From contig JAGCVN010000096.1 in the NCBI GenBank assembly GCA_017962315.1, positions 199 to 64,198 on the forward strand: DNA of 64,000 bases. The letters run 5' to 3'. A model generated the notes under the pieces. That model was not told the DNA's origin and made no database searches. It worked only from the letters and a program-made list of their open reading frames with translations. A program made the translations under genes and the position numbers. This DNA is from Kiritimatiellia bacterium. GTDB taxonomy: Bacteria > Verrucomicrobiota > Kiritimatiellia > RFP12 > UBA1067. Below are positions 25,385 through 35,095 of the stretch, piece after piece. How positions within the stretch are numbered: position 1 is the first letter of the stretch; each line of letters opens with the position of its first letter.

Positions 25385-26156
25385 GGACTTCGTGCATGTG
25401 TGTGAATCTGATTTAACCGGAAGAAGGCATTTTTGAGGCATGAAACGACGATTTCTCCGGGAAAGCGACGGGAGGGAGACCTCGCACGTTTTATGGACGC
25501 AGCCCCCGCTCGCGCCTCGGCACGAGTGATTCGATTCGGATAACTTGCTATACTGTGCCCGGTAAGTCGTGGGGTGAATTATAGACGAGAGACACAGAGA
25601 GAAAGCGAGCGCCCCGCCGGAACGCAGGCAACAGGGACGTTGCCCCTCCCACAACGGACGCCAAGCCACCTCTCCCTCCTGTGATTTTTACCGCGGAGAC
25701 GCAGAGGCGCAGAGAAGGGAAAGGGCGACAGGGACGTTGCCCCTACCGGAAACAGTGCCGGTGATACTGTCCCCCTTTGCGTTCCCTGCGCCTTCGCGTC
25801 TTACCTGTAAGTTCGATTGGTGACAACCGAAACAACTCGTAAAGACAACATCCTTCTTCCGCCACGCAAAGGCGCGGCGTTTTCATAACCGCGCATGGTT
25901 GTGCGCGGAAGAACCAAACGTTGTTTTTAAGTTGTCCATGTTGTTTTCAGAAACTTACCCTCGTGTACATTCCCGTGCGAAGCGCGGGCGGGGTGCTTGC
26001 CTATAAAATGCCTTTTATCCCCATGAATGCTCCCGCGCCGAAGCGCGGGCGGAGGACTGCGTTTCAATCAATCGGCAAGACGGTAAAGGAGAATCCATGT
26101 TCCGGCGAAATACCCGAAAGTCGGCACAAAACACCCGCACGTATGCCTGAAGAACC
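25385..26156. repeat. mosaic intergenic repeat, locus 3 (D-rev, C-rev, G, E, extra E, B, F, A-rev) = right inverted arm
   Basis: The reverse complement aligns module by module with 21540-22150. It ends 13 nt from the stop codon (26170-26172) of the minus-strand membrane protein gene. Confidence 0.8.
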
Positions 26157-26169
26157 GATTTTTATCGCT

Positions 26170-28275
26170 TCATTTCGTCGCCTTCTGGTAGAACCAGTAA
26201 CCGAATACGGCGCGGTCGCCGTAGATTTCCAGGCGCGGGTCGGAACGGCGGATCAACGCGCCGGGGATGGTGAACGCGACTTCCGAGAAGGTGTTGCTGC
26301 TACTTTCAATCGGGCAGGTGAAGACACCCACTTCGACATCATCGACTTTCACGCGCAACTTCAGCGGCGAATCGAACGTGACTTTCTGTTCGCGGATACC
26401 TGCTGTCCGCACCTCCGTCTTCACCCGCGATGCCGTACGCATCACGACTTCCGTGTCGCCCCCCGGAGTTGCATGGAAAGTCATCGCGTCCCAGCCGATA
26501 ACCGCACGTCCACCGTCGAGTATCCATTTGCCGTCGTGCACGCCTTCCATCATGAACGGCGGATAATACAATCGATAATGACGGCTTTCGGCTACGTAGC
26601 CGGCGCGTTTCTCATCTTCTGAATACCCCACGTCAATCGCGTCGACGAGAACAGGAGCGGACGCTTCGGATTGATTCTCGGCGATCAGTCCTTTCACTCG
26701 GTCGATTATCCGATCCAGGGGGCGTTTTTCTTTTTGTTCCCGCGAGAAGGGGAAAAGGGCTTTATCCAGCACGTTCCAGTCGGTTTCCTGGAAGGTTCCG
26801 CCGTTTTGGGCTATCAACAGTGTCTTGCCGCAGAGTGAACGCAACGGCACCCCGCAATAGTCAGGTGGCTCGCTTCCCGGAAAACACCAGACATCGAACC
26901 GGAGATCGGGTCGGTGTTTCAGTAGTTCCAGGCTCATCCAGTAATCAGGACGGAAGAAATCGGGCGAATAAATCCCTATGAGGTTAACCATCCGGTGTCC
27001 CTGCAAGGCATAGGAGAGTCCGCATCCTTTGATCGTTCCGATCTTCGCTTCCTTTGAAAGCAGAGCGTTCGCCTCTTTCGCGAACTCGTAGTCGTACCCG
27101 TTTTCCTGCGAGGTACCGTAGAAAATCGCAATCAAGACCACCGCAAAGAAAGCTTGAGGGGCGAGGAGGAGAGACGCGGGGAGCGGCTTGAACACGGCGA
27201 ACCGCCCGGAAACCCACACCGCGCCTTCCGCCATCAGGAAGAACCAGAGGGGGAACAACCAGGCGAGATACCGGTCGAAGTTCGTGTCCTGCCACATACT
27301 CGATGCGACAATGGCGACGGAAGCACCCGCGGCGGCGAACAGCCACAGAAGCGGCCAAGGCTTCCGCCAATCGCGGCGGAAGATGCCCGTCCAGGCAAAC
27401 ACCGCGCTAAAGACGGGAAGATAGAAGAAGTCGCGAGGCGCTTTCTCCGGAATACCGAAGAACAACGTTTTCACCATCTTCAAGCAATCCTGCGCCGTCA
27501 GGCTTAACGCCACCGGCAACGGGACTTCTTTGAAATAACCTTTGTAGGCGACCGACTGGAACGAGAAAATCCCCGTCAACGCCCAGTTCAGCGCGAAGAC
27601 ACCCGCGCAGGAAAACATACACACCGTTGCGCACGCCCATTCGCCTTTCGATGGATGGTCGCCCGTGAACCGGCGCACGACCAGTGCGCCGGCGAAGAGT
27701 CCCCCCAGCAGCATCCCTTCCGGACGCGCCCAAGGCGCGAGGGCGAGCAGGATGCCGAAAGTCGCGAGATGCCCGTGGAAGAGGGCTGCTGCGAGCGAGG
27801 CGGATAACCCCATGAACAACCCGGTATCGCTTTGCGAAAACGCGCAGATTGCACTTTGCCCGCATAACACGCCGAGCACGGCGGCGAGTTTCGCGACTGC
27901 CTTGTCTTCACGTCCGTCCAGTTTCCAGAAGACCGTCGTCCAAGCCAATAGAAAGAGAAGATAGAACCCGGCGTTGAGGACGAACCCGGCTGTCAGCAGG
28001 GCGTCGCCTTTCACCCCCAACAGGTACGGAACTGCCAGCAGAAACGGGTAGAGATGCGATGTACACCCCGTGCTGGGAAGGTCTCCGGGTGTAAAGACGA
28101 ACGGCTGCCCCTCGGCGATCATCCTTGCCGATTGACAGTAGAGCAGCGTATCCGGTTGCGGGATGGAAACGAAATTTCCCGGCGAAGCCATCACCCCGGT
28201 GAAATAATAGGCGGCGGTCTGCAAGAGACCGCCTGCCAAAACCAACAAAAGAAGTTGTCTGCGATTCAGTTTCAT
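26170..28275 (-). CDS. polytopic membrane protein, GT-C-like (ArnT/PMT-like) N-terminal domain plus soluble C-terminal domain
   Basis: About 12-13 hydrophobic segments fall in the first ~400 aa. The first-loop motif PQPDTLLYCQSARMIAEGQPF resembles the Dxx(x)Y loop of GT-C transferases. The gene starts 70 nt downstream of the giant C10 gene on the same strand. Confidence 0.45.
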   Translation of the reverse strand: MKLNRRQLLLLVLAGGLLQTAAYYFTGVMASPGNFVSIPQPDTLLYCQSARMIAEGQPFVFTPGDLPSTGCTSHLYPFLLAVPYLLGVKGDALLTAGFVLNAGFYLLFLLAWTTVFWKLDGREDKAVAKLAAVLGVLCGQSAICAFSQSDTGLFMGLSASLAAALFHGHLATFGILLALAPWARPEGMLLGGLFAGALVVRRFTGDHPSKGEWACATVCMFSCAGVFALNWALTGIFSFQSVAYKGYFKEVPLPVALSLTAQDCLKMVKTLFFGIPEKAPRDFFYLPVFSAVFAWTGIFRRDWRKPWPLLWLFAAAGASVAIVASSMWQDTNFDRYLAWLFPLWFFLMAEGAVWVSGRFAVFKPLPASLLLAPQAFFAVVLIAIFYGTSQENGYDYEFAKEANALLSKEAKIGTIKGCGLSYALQGHRMVNLIGIYSPDFFRPDYWMSLELLKHRPDLRFDVWCFPGSEPPDYCGVPLRSLCGKTLLIAQNGGTFQETDWNVLDKALFPFSREQKEKRPLDRIIDRVKGLIAENQSEASAPVLVDAIDVGYSEDEKRAGYVAESRHYRLYYPPFMMEGVHDGKWILDGGRAVIGWDAMTFHATPGGDTEVVMRTASRVKTEVRTAGIREQKVTFDSPLKLRVKVDDVEVGVFTCPIESSSNTFSEVAFTIPGALIRRSDPRLEIYGDRAVFGYWFYQKATK

Positions 28276-28345
28276 AAGAGAATAAAACGCGCGACCACAA
28301 TCGGAGGGAACCGGATTGCGGTCGCGGTTTGTTTCTTTTTTGAGG

Positions 28346-31300
28346 TTATTCCGATTCCGGTTTGGAGATTACGGCCTTGAAGAACGTGTTCGTGCCGTCC
28401 TGCACGAACGTGGTCCGCGCCGTATCATTGCCGTCTTTAAACGTGGCGTTGTTGAACACTGCCTCTCTGAGGAAGTTGGTGATTCCTTCCGGTGTCTTGC
28501 CGCCGTAGAGTTTGAGTACACCGTTGATCGGCTTGTTCTCGCCCGCGCTTTGCAGGGCACCCGCGCGTTCAAGGGTCACGTCAACGGTCACGTTTGTGGC
28601 ATCGGAGAAGATCCCCGTAACCTTGAACTGATAGCCGAAACCGTCCTGCATCAGGTCGAGGTTGAGGAGGTAGGCGTCGGAGAATTGCGTTGTCGTGAGG
28701 CCGGCGAGCCTGCCTTTAACCATTCCATAGCCGTAGGGGAATGCATTCAGCCACATCGCCTGTTTGGCAGTGAGCGGTTCGTTGTTGTCGTCGCTCCCTG
28801 GCACGATTTCATCTGTCTTGAATTCAACGACTTCAACCGCCTTATTCGTGTAGCTCCCGTAAATCGACTCGACGAATCCCTCGCCGATGTAGCCGACCGT
28901 CTGTACAACCTCGCCGTCGTAGGCGAACGGGAAGCTCGTCACCGTTTCGTTCACCGTTCTGTCGTGCAGCGGCACGTAGTTCGCGCCGTTCTTCACCGCG
29001 ACGGTGTATGTTTTACTCGCGAGATCGAGTTCAATTCTGATGGTGTAGTCATTGTTGATCGCCACCGAGAAACCATCCGCCGTCGCGTCGCACCAGATTG
29101 TTTTTTGATTATCCTTCGTGTAGACCTGGAAGCAGTTGTTCGTGCCGATGCGCACCGCCGCTTTCACGCCGTCAAAGTCTTGATGCTCCTCCGCCGCGCT
29201 GTTGAACGAGGCCGTCGTCTCGATCGTCACGTTCGTCCCAGAGGACGGATTGTCGGCGGTGAACTCGTTGCGCTCGTCAATCTTCACCTTGTGGTTGACG
29301 TACTCCACTGCATTGGACCAGAGTCCTGTCGCCTCCTTGTAGTCCTCGTTTTCGAAAATCCAGTGGTCGGCGCGGTTCTGCGGTGTATCCTCGTATGCGG
29401 CGGGGTTCGCGCCTGTCGTCGGCCCGAAGAACTGCTTCACGTAGTAGTCGTAGGTGAACACCTCGCTCGGGCGGTACCCGTCGGCGAACACCACGGCTTT
29501 CACCGTCGTGGGGCCGGCCCCCGTGACGTTGATCACCGTGCCGGGCGTGTAGATCGGGCTTTCCGCCGTCGGCTCGGTGCCGTTCGTCGTGTAGTGGATT
29601 TCCGCGCCGGGAACCGTGGTCGCGAGATCGACGAGCGTGTTGCGGTAGCCGGCATCCGAGGTGGCGGTGGGCGCCGCCGCACGGGCGGCCTGGGTGTAGG
29701 TCGCGGACACCGTGGCGCTGTCGACGCAGTTCGCCTTGAACGCCTTTGCCTTGATCGTCGTCGTCGCGTTCAGCGTGATTGCGCCCGTGTACTGCGTGCT
29801 GCTCGCCGTCGGCTCGCTTCCGTTCGTCGTGTAGCGGATCGTCGCGCCCGCCGTCGCGCAGGAGAGCGTGACGGACATCGTATCCGTGTAGAATGTCGTC
29901 GCCGCGGGCAAGAACGTGGGCGCCTCCACTGTCGGGATCAGCGTGAACGTGCCGGTATAGACGGCGCTTTCGAGATAGGCCGGGGCGACGGCGATTGCCT
30001 TGATGGTCGTGGTGGCGGTGATCGTGATCGGCGCGGAATAGACCGAGCTCGACGTCGTGGGCTCGCTGCCGTCCGTCGTGTAGTAGATCGTCACGCCCGC
30101 CGTCGTGCACGCAAGCGTCACGGCGTGGCTGGCCGTGGTGAACGTCGTCGCCGTGGGCGAGGTGGGCGTCGCGGCGCGGGTGGTCGCCACCGTGACGTTC
30201 TCGACCGTCAGGTTCGCCGCGTTGACCGTGCCGTTGTAGATCGCGAGCTTCGCGCCGGAGGCGGAACTTGTCACCTTGGCGTTCAGGCTGTCGCCGGCGA
30301 TGGCGTTCACCTTCAACTCGTGTCCGTTGAGGTCGATCGTCGCGCCGCTGTCTACCACCACGTCGCCGAGCGCGCGCCAGTCGCAGTCGGAGGAAAGCTT
30401 CACGGACTGCGTGCCAGAGCCGAACGTGAAGTGTTCCGGCGAGAACGCATATTCGCCCGCGCCGTTGATCTTGATCGTGAGGGGCGTGACGAAATGGTGA
30501 TTACTTTCGAGAATGCGTCCGCCATAGCCGCCACCGGTGTCGCCAACGATGAGACGGAACCTGTGCCAACCTTCCTTGACATCAATGTTGGCGTATGCCT
30601 GCTGGCATGACAACCCGAAAATTGCCCATTCGTCGTCAACCATGAACGCCATGTAGTCATCCACGAATCCATGCAGGCCCCAGTTGCCGGCCTGGGCACG
30701 AGAGACATAGAACCAGCCGTCGTAGCGGAACTGCTTGTTCAAAAGGCCGCTCGGATAGTTCATACCAGGGTTGGGGATGATGCCGTTGTGGAGGTTGTCC
30801 ACGCTGCCCTCGCCCTGAAGGGTGTAGTCGCCCATCGCCGCATCCTTGAACGCCCTGTTTCCGCTGTTGCCGGCCCCCTTCGAGCCCCAGTATGTCGTCG
30901 TGCCGTCATTGCCGAACTGCACCTTGCGCCAGTTGGGCGTGTAGCCGGAGGGAATGGTGAACGCCGTGTTGCCGCCGGGGATGATGACGGTCGTGTTCGC
31001 GTCGGGAACCGCGCCGGAAATGGTGTTGCCGTTCTGGTCGAGGCAGGTCCAGTTCGCGGAGTTTGCAAGCGCGGCGGCGGTCGGCGCGGTGGTTCCGCCC
31101 TTCCAGGTCGCCTTCATGATGCGGGTGATCTCCGGTGGCGGCATGATTTCGTCCGGGCCCGCGTTCGCGTTCGCGGAGAGCTGCACGTCGCTCAGGATGC
31201 CGTTCCAGATGCGCACTTCGTCGTATTCCGCGCAGGCGTCGCTGTCGGCGGTATAGAAGGAGTGCCCGAGGTAGAGGACGGGATTGGAGATCGACTGGAT

Positions 31301-33466
31301 TCCGTTCGGGATGGTCATCGTCCCCGACTTCTGCAGCACACCCGTCGCAGCGTCACGGCGCATCCACCTGACGAACGTCGTGCCGTCGCGCTGGCGCTCG
31401 AACGTGGCGGAGATGTGGAACTGCCGTCCAAGTTTGTACGGCGCCATCGAGGTATCGACTGCGACCTCCGTCGTGTTCTTGCATCCGGCGCGGTCGTTCG
31501 TGGCGTCAGTGCCCTGCGACCACGTGAGGCAGAAATAATGGGTGTTGTCCGCGCCGTAGTCGAAGACGCGCCCCCAGTTGCGCGCGGCGGTCTGCGTCGC
31601 CCAGATTTCGATCGTGGCGGCGTCGGTGTTCAGGAGGTTCGTGCCAAGGTTGAGCGAGCCCGCGCCGTAACCGCTTCCGGTCAGTTTCGCCTTGCCATCC
31701 GCGATCGTGACGTTGGAACCGATCTTCGTCGCGGTGGAACCGCCCTGCGAGTCGTTGAGATTGCCGTTGAAGCTCCAGCGGTGGGCGAGGGAGGTGGAGA
31801 CGGAGTACGCGCCGCCGGCCGCGACATCGAGGTCGAGCCCGTAGATGTTCTCGACGCTGCCGGAGTACGAGATGCCTCCCGCGCCAGCGGCGATGGACGT
31901 CAGGCAGGACTTCACGCGCTGGATCACCCGCGTGGAACTGCTGCCGCTCGTCGCGGTGATGGTGTACAGCCCGGCGGGGAGCATAAGCGCGTACTTGCCC
32001 GTGGATGAGGCGGACGTTGCGGTGTACGACCTACCCGTCTCGCGGCATTCCGCCGTGACCGTCGCTCCGCCCACGCGACTGCTGCCGTTCTTGACGACGC
32101 CGCTCACGATGGTCAGGTCTGGGTCGCCCTTCGACGGGGGATACACATTGTACATGATGTCCTGAATAGATGTAAATCCGCTATTCGCCTCGGAGAGGTT
32201 GGGCGGCGCGTACCAGCCGTCGCTGGATCCGGTCCAGCCGAAGTTGAAGTGGACGTAGAGGGTGCCGCTCGAGTCGTAGCCGTAGCCGTCGGCGACGATG
32301 GCATGGGCTGGGACGAGCGTCGGACAGGGAAGCCCCGCGTCAAGGCTTCCGAGCATGGCCGCGCGGCTCGCGTCGCTCCACCCGCTCGTTATTTTCGCGT
32401 TGGCGTATGTGAACTGATCGACGATGCGGTGTCCGAAAACGGCGCCCGGAGCACCACTCTGGCCGCTGTTGCCTTGGTTGTAGTTCATGAAGCACGTCAT
32501 GCCAACGTCGCGGGTGAGCTTCCCGAGAGCGGCCTTGTAGGTGCCGCTGTCGCTAGACGACGGGTTGAGTTTTATGTATGACCAGTTGTACGTACCTCCG
32601 AAAGCGGGGTTCCATGGCGTTCGCGTCGTGGCGGATGCGCTTTCATCATAGCCGTTGACGTCCCAACCCTTCTGTGTGCCGCTGTAGTTGCAGGAACCGT
32701 ACCAGTTGGCGGTCTTGGTGATGGAAGCGGTCGGGTATTGCCAGAACCTCATCGTCTGTCCGCCCATCGTGGCGACGCAGCCACAAACGGCACCGCCGGG
32801 CGTGTAGTAGTTTTCGCCATGGCCCGACTGTCCCCATTTCGACTGCACGAGCTGATCGCAGCGCAGGTCGGCGGTGGGCGTCGAGCCCTTCGTGCTGAGC
32901 CTCAGCCCCCCCTTGCCGCTCGCCGCCGTGCGCAGGCGCGACCACTTCGTGTTATTGGCTGAAGAACGTCGTTCGGCAATCTTCTCAGCCTCGTCGTCTT
33001 CTTGCTGTTGTACGCTTGCTGTCGCCGCAAGCCGCCGACCGCCGACAGTTTCGGCCGCATTGGTCGAACACAGTTCGGCCATCGTTGCTGCCACGTCGAT
33101 GTTGAGCATCGCCATCAGTGGATTCTCGGCGGCGTTGGTGTTCCACGAACCTTCTTTTGAGTAGGCGAGGATCGGCTCCATCGCCGTGTCGCCGGAGGTC
33201 ACGACGAAACCACCGCCCTTCAGGCTCACAACGTAATACGTGCTAGTGCCGCCCTGTCCGTGACATTCCAGCGCGTTTTCCGGCTCGGCGGAAAACTCGT
33301 TGCCCAACGCCTCCTTCAGTGCCGTCCATCCTTTTACGGCTTCGACTGCTTCTTCGCCTGTCACCGAGGCCGCTCCGGCAGACAAAGACATCCCGCCTAG
33401 GAACAACGCGAACACAACCATTTTAACTGCGTTCGAACGCGACGCAAACTCGTTTATTGATTTCAT
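28346..33466 (-). CDS. giant secreted C10 (streptopain/SpeB-like) cysteine peptidase with CarboxypepD_reg, LamG, PA14-like and 3-4 CHB_HEX_C-type domains
   Basis: A signal peptide and a Spi/C10 propeptide (YYVVSLKGGGFVVTSGDTAMEPILAYS) are present. The catalytic Cys is in GGAVCGCVATMGGQTMRFWQYP and the catalytic His in HAIVADGYGYDSSGTLYVHFNFGWTGSSDGWY. LAHRWSFNG...VRIWNG is LamG. IYYTTDGSEPT repeats occur several times. Confidence 0.85.
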   Translation of the reverse strand: MKSINEFASRSNAVKMVVFALFLGGMSLSAGAASVTGEEAVEAVKGWTALKEALGNEFSAEPENALECHGQGGTSTYYVVSLKGGGFVVTSGDTAMEPILAYSKEGSWNTNAAENPLMAMLNIDVAATMAELCSTNAAETVGGRRLAATASVQQQEDDEAEKIAERRSSANNTKWSRLRTAASGKGGLRLSTKGSTPTADLRCDQLVQSKWGQSGHGENYYTPGGAVCGCVATMGGQTMRFWQYPTASITKTANWYGSCNYSGTQKGWDVNGYDESASATTRTPWNPAFGGTYNWSYIKLNPSSSDSGTYKAALGKLTRDVGMTCFMNYNQGNSGQSGAPGAVFGHRIVDQFTYANAKITSGWSDASRAAMLGSLDAGLPCPTLVPAHAIVADGYGYDSSGTLYVHFNFGWTGSSDGWYAPPNLSEANSGFTSIQDIMYNVYPPSKGDPDLTIVSGVVKNGSSRVGGATVTAECRETGRSYTATSASSTGKYALMLPAGLYTITATSGSSSTRVIQRVKSCLTSIAAGAGGISYSGSVENIYGLDLDVAAGGAYSVSTSLAHRWSFNGNLNDSQGGSTATKIGSNVTIADGKAKLTGSGYGAGSLNLGTNLLNTDAATIEIWATQTAARNWGRVFDYGADNTHYFCLTWSQGTDATNDRAGCKNTTEVAVDTSMAPYKLGRQFHISATFERQRDGTTFVRWMRRDAATGVLQKSGTMTIPNGIQSISNPVLYLGHSFYTADSDACAEYDEVRIWNGILSDVQLSANANAGPDEIMPPPEITRIMKATWKGGTTAPTAAALANSANWTCLDQNGNTISGAVPDANTTVIIPGGNTAFTIPSGYTPNWRKVQFGNDGTTTYWGSKGAGNSGNRAFKDAAMGDYTLQGEGSVDNLHNGIIPNPGMNYPSGLLNKQFRYDGWFYVSRAQAGNWGLHGFVDDYMAFMVDDEWAIFGLSCQQAYANIDVKEGWHRFRLIVGDTGGGYGGRILESNHHFVTPLTIKINGAGEYAFSPEHFTFGSGTQSVKLSSDCDWRALGDVVVDSGATIDLNGHELKVNAIAGDSLNAKVTSSASGAKLAIYNGTVNAANLTVENVTVATTRAATPTSPTATTFTTASHAVTLACTTAGVTIYYTTDGSEPTTSSSVYSAPITITATTTIKAIAVAPAYLESAVYTGTFTLIPTVEAPTFLPAATTFYTDTMSVTLSCATAGATIRYTTNGSEPTASSTQYTGAITLNATTTIKAKAFKANCVDSATVSATYTQAARAAAPTATSDAGYRNTLVDLATTVPGAEIHYTTNGTEPTAESPIYTPGTVINVTGAGPTTVKAVVFADGYRPSEVFTYDYYVKQFFGPTTGANPAAYEDTPQNRADHWIFENEDYKEATGLWSNAVEYVNHKVKIDERNEFTADNPSSGTNVTIETTASFNSAAEEHQDFDGVKAAVRIGTNNCFQVYTKDNQKTIWCDATADGFSVAINNDYTIRIELDLASKTYTVAVKNGANYVPLHDRTVNETVTSFPFAYDGEVVQTVGYIGEGFVESIYGSYTNKAVEVVEFKTDEIVPGSDDNNEPLTAKQAMWLNAFPYGYGMVKGRLAGLTTTQFSDAYLLNLDLMQDGFGYQFKVTGIFSDATNVTVDVTLERAGALQSAGENKPINGVLKLYGGKTPEGITNFLREAVFNNATFKDGNDTARTTFVQDGTNTFFKAVISKPESE

Positions 33467-33560
33467 AACGGGAGTAGTTTACCACCCTCCTTCCTGATGG
33501 TCAAATAAAAACGAAAATACAAATCGTTTCAAAGGCAATTGCGCAATTCACAGAATTAGG

Positions 33561-34099
33561 GGGGGCTTCAGGCATACGTGCGGGTGTTTTGTGTCGACTT
33601 TCGGGTATTTCGCCGAAACATGGATTCCCCTTTACCGTCTTTCCGTTTGATTGAAACGCAGAGATGCGGAGGCGCAAAGGGGGACGGCTGCCGTCGGCGA
33701 TGTTTCCGGGAGGGACAACGTCCCCATTGCCTTCGCTCCGACGGGACGGTCATTTTCTCTCTGCGCCTTGCCTGAAAGTTCGATTGGCGACAACCGAAAC
33801 AACTTGTAAAGACAACATCCTTCTTTCGCCGCGCAACGGCGCGGCGTTTTCATAACCGCACACGGCTGTGCACGGAAGAAGCAAACGTTGTTTTGAGTTG
33901 TTCATGTTGTTTCCAGAAACTTACCCTCATGTACATTCCCGTGCGAAGCGCGGGCGGCCCGCTGGCGCGAGCGGGGGGGGCTGCGTTCAGAAAACGCGCG
34001 AGGTTTCCCTTCCGTTGCTTTCCTGGAGAAACCGTCGTTGCACGCCTCGAAAATGCCCTTTGCCGATTGAATCAGATTCACATTCATGCACGAAGTCCC
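33561..34099. repeat. mosaic intergenic repeat, locus 4 (A, E, G, B, D, all forward)
   Basis: It lies in the divergent region between the giant C10 gene and tpiA. Modules align with loci 1, 2, 3 and 5. Confidence 0.8.
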
Positions 34100-34203
34100 G
34101 AATGTGGCCGAGCCTAGCGGCGTTCGCGGGGAAGGGCCGGTGTAACTGGATGGTCGAACGGTAGACATATCTTTGCCAGCGTGGCGGCGGGTTCATTTTT
34201 CGT

Positions 34204-34232
34204 TTGCTTTTCCGCTGGAGAGGGGGGATAAT
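34204..34232 (+). promoter_or_regulatory. candidate sigma70-type promoter of tpiA
   Basis: TTGCTT (34204-34209), a 17-nt spacer, then GATAAT (34227-34232). Confidence 0.3.
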
Positions 34233-34297
34233 ACGACCTTTCTTTGTTTCACCGAAGTGCAGAGGCCGGGACGGCCTCCGCGAAAAGGAGAGGTATC

Positions 34298-35053
<756 letters not shown>

Positions 35054-35095
35054 CGGCGTCCCGCACGGGGCGGGGCGTGTACGCGCCCCGCTGCC

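Noticed and set aside
21540-26156. CRISPR array interpretation of the repeated intergenic sequences
   Set aside because: There is no regular repeat-spacer periodicity. The modules are 25-185 bp, occur in both orientations and at dispersed loci, and no cas genes are present.
28316-32008. 764-aa and 445-aa plus-strand ORFs antisense to the giant C10 gene
   Set aside because: The translations are Arg/Gly/Val-rich with no motifs. The minus-strand frame carries unambiguous C10, LamG and CHB_HEX_C motifs along its whole length.
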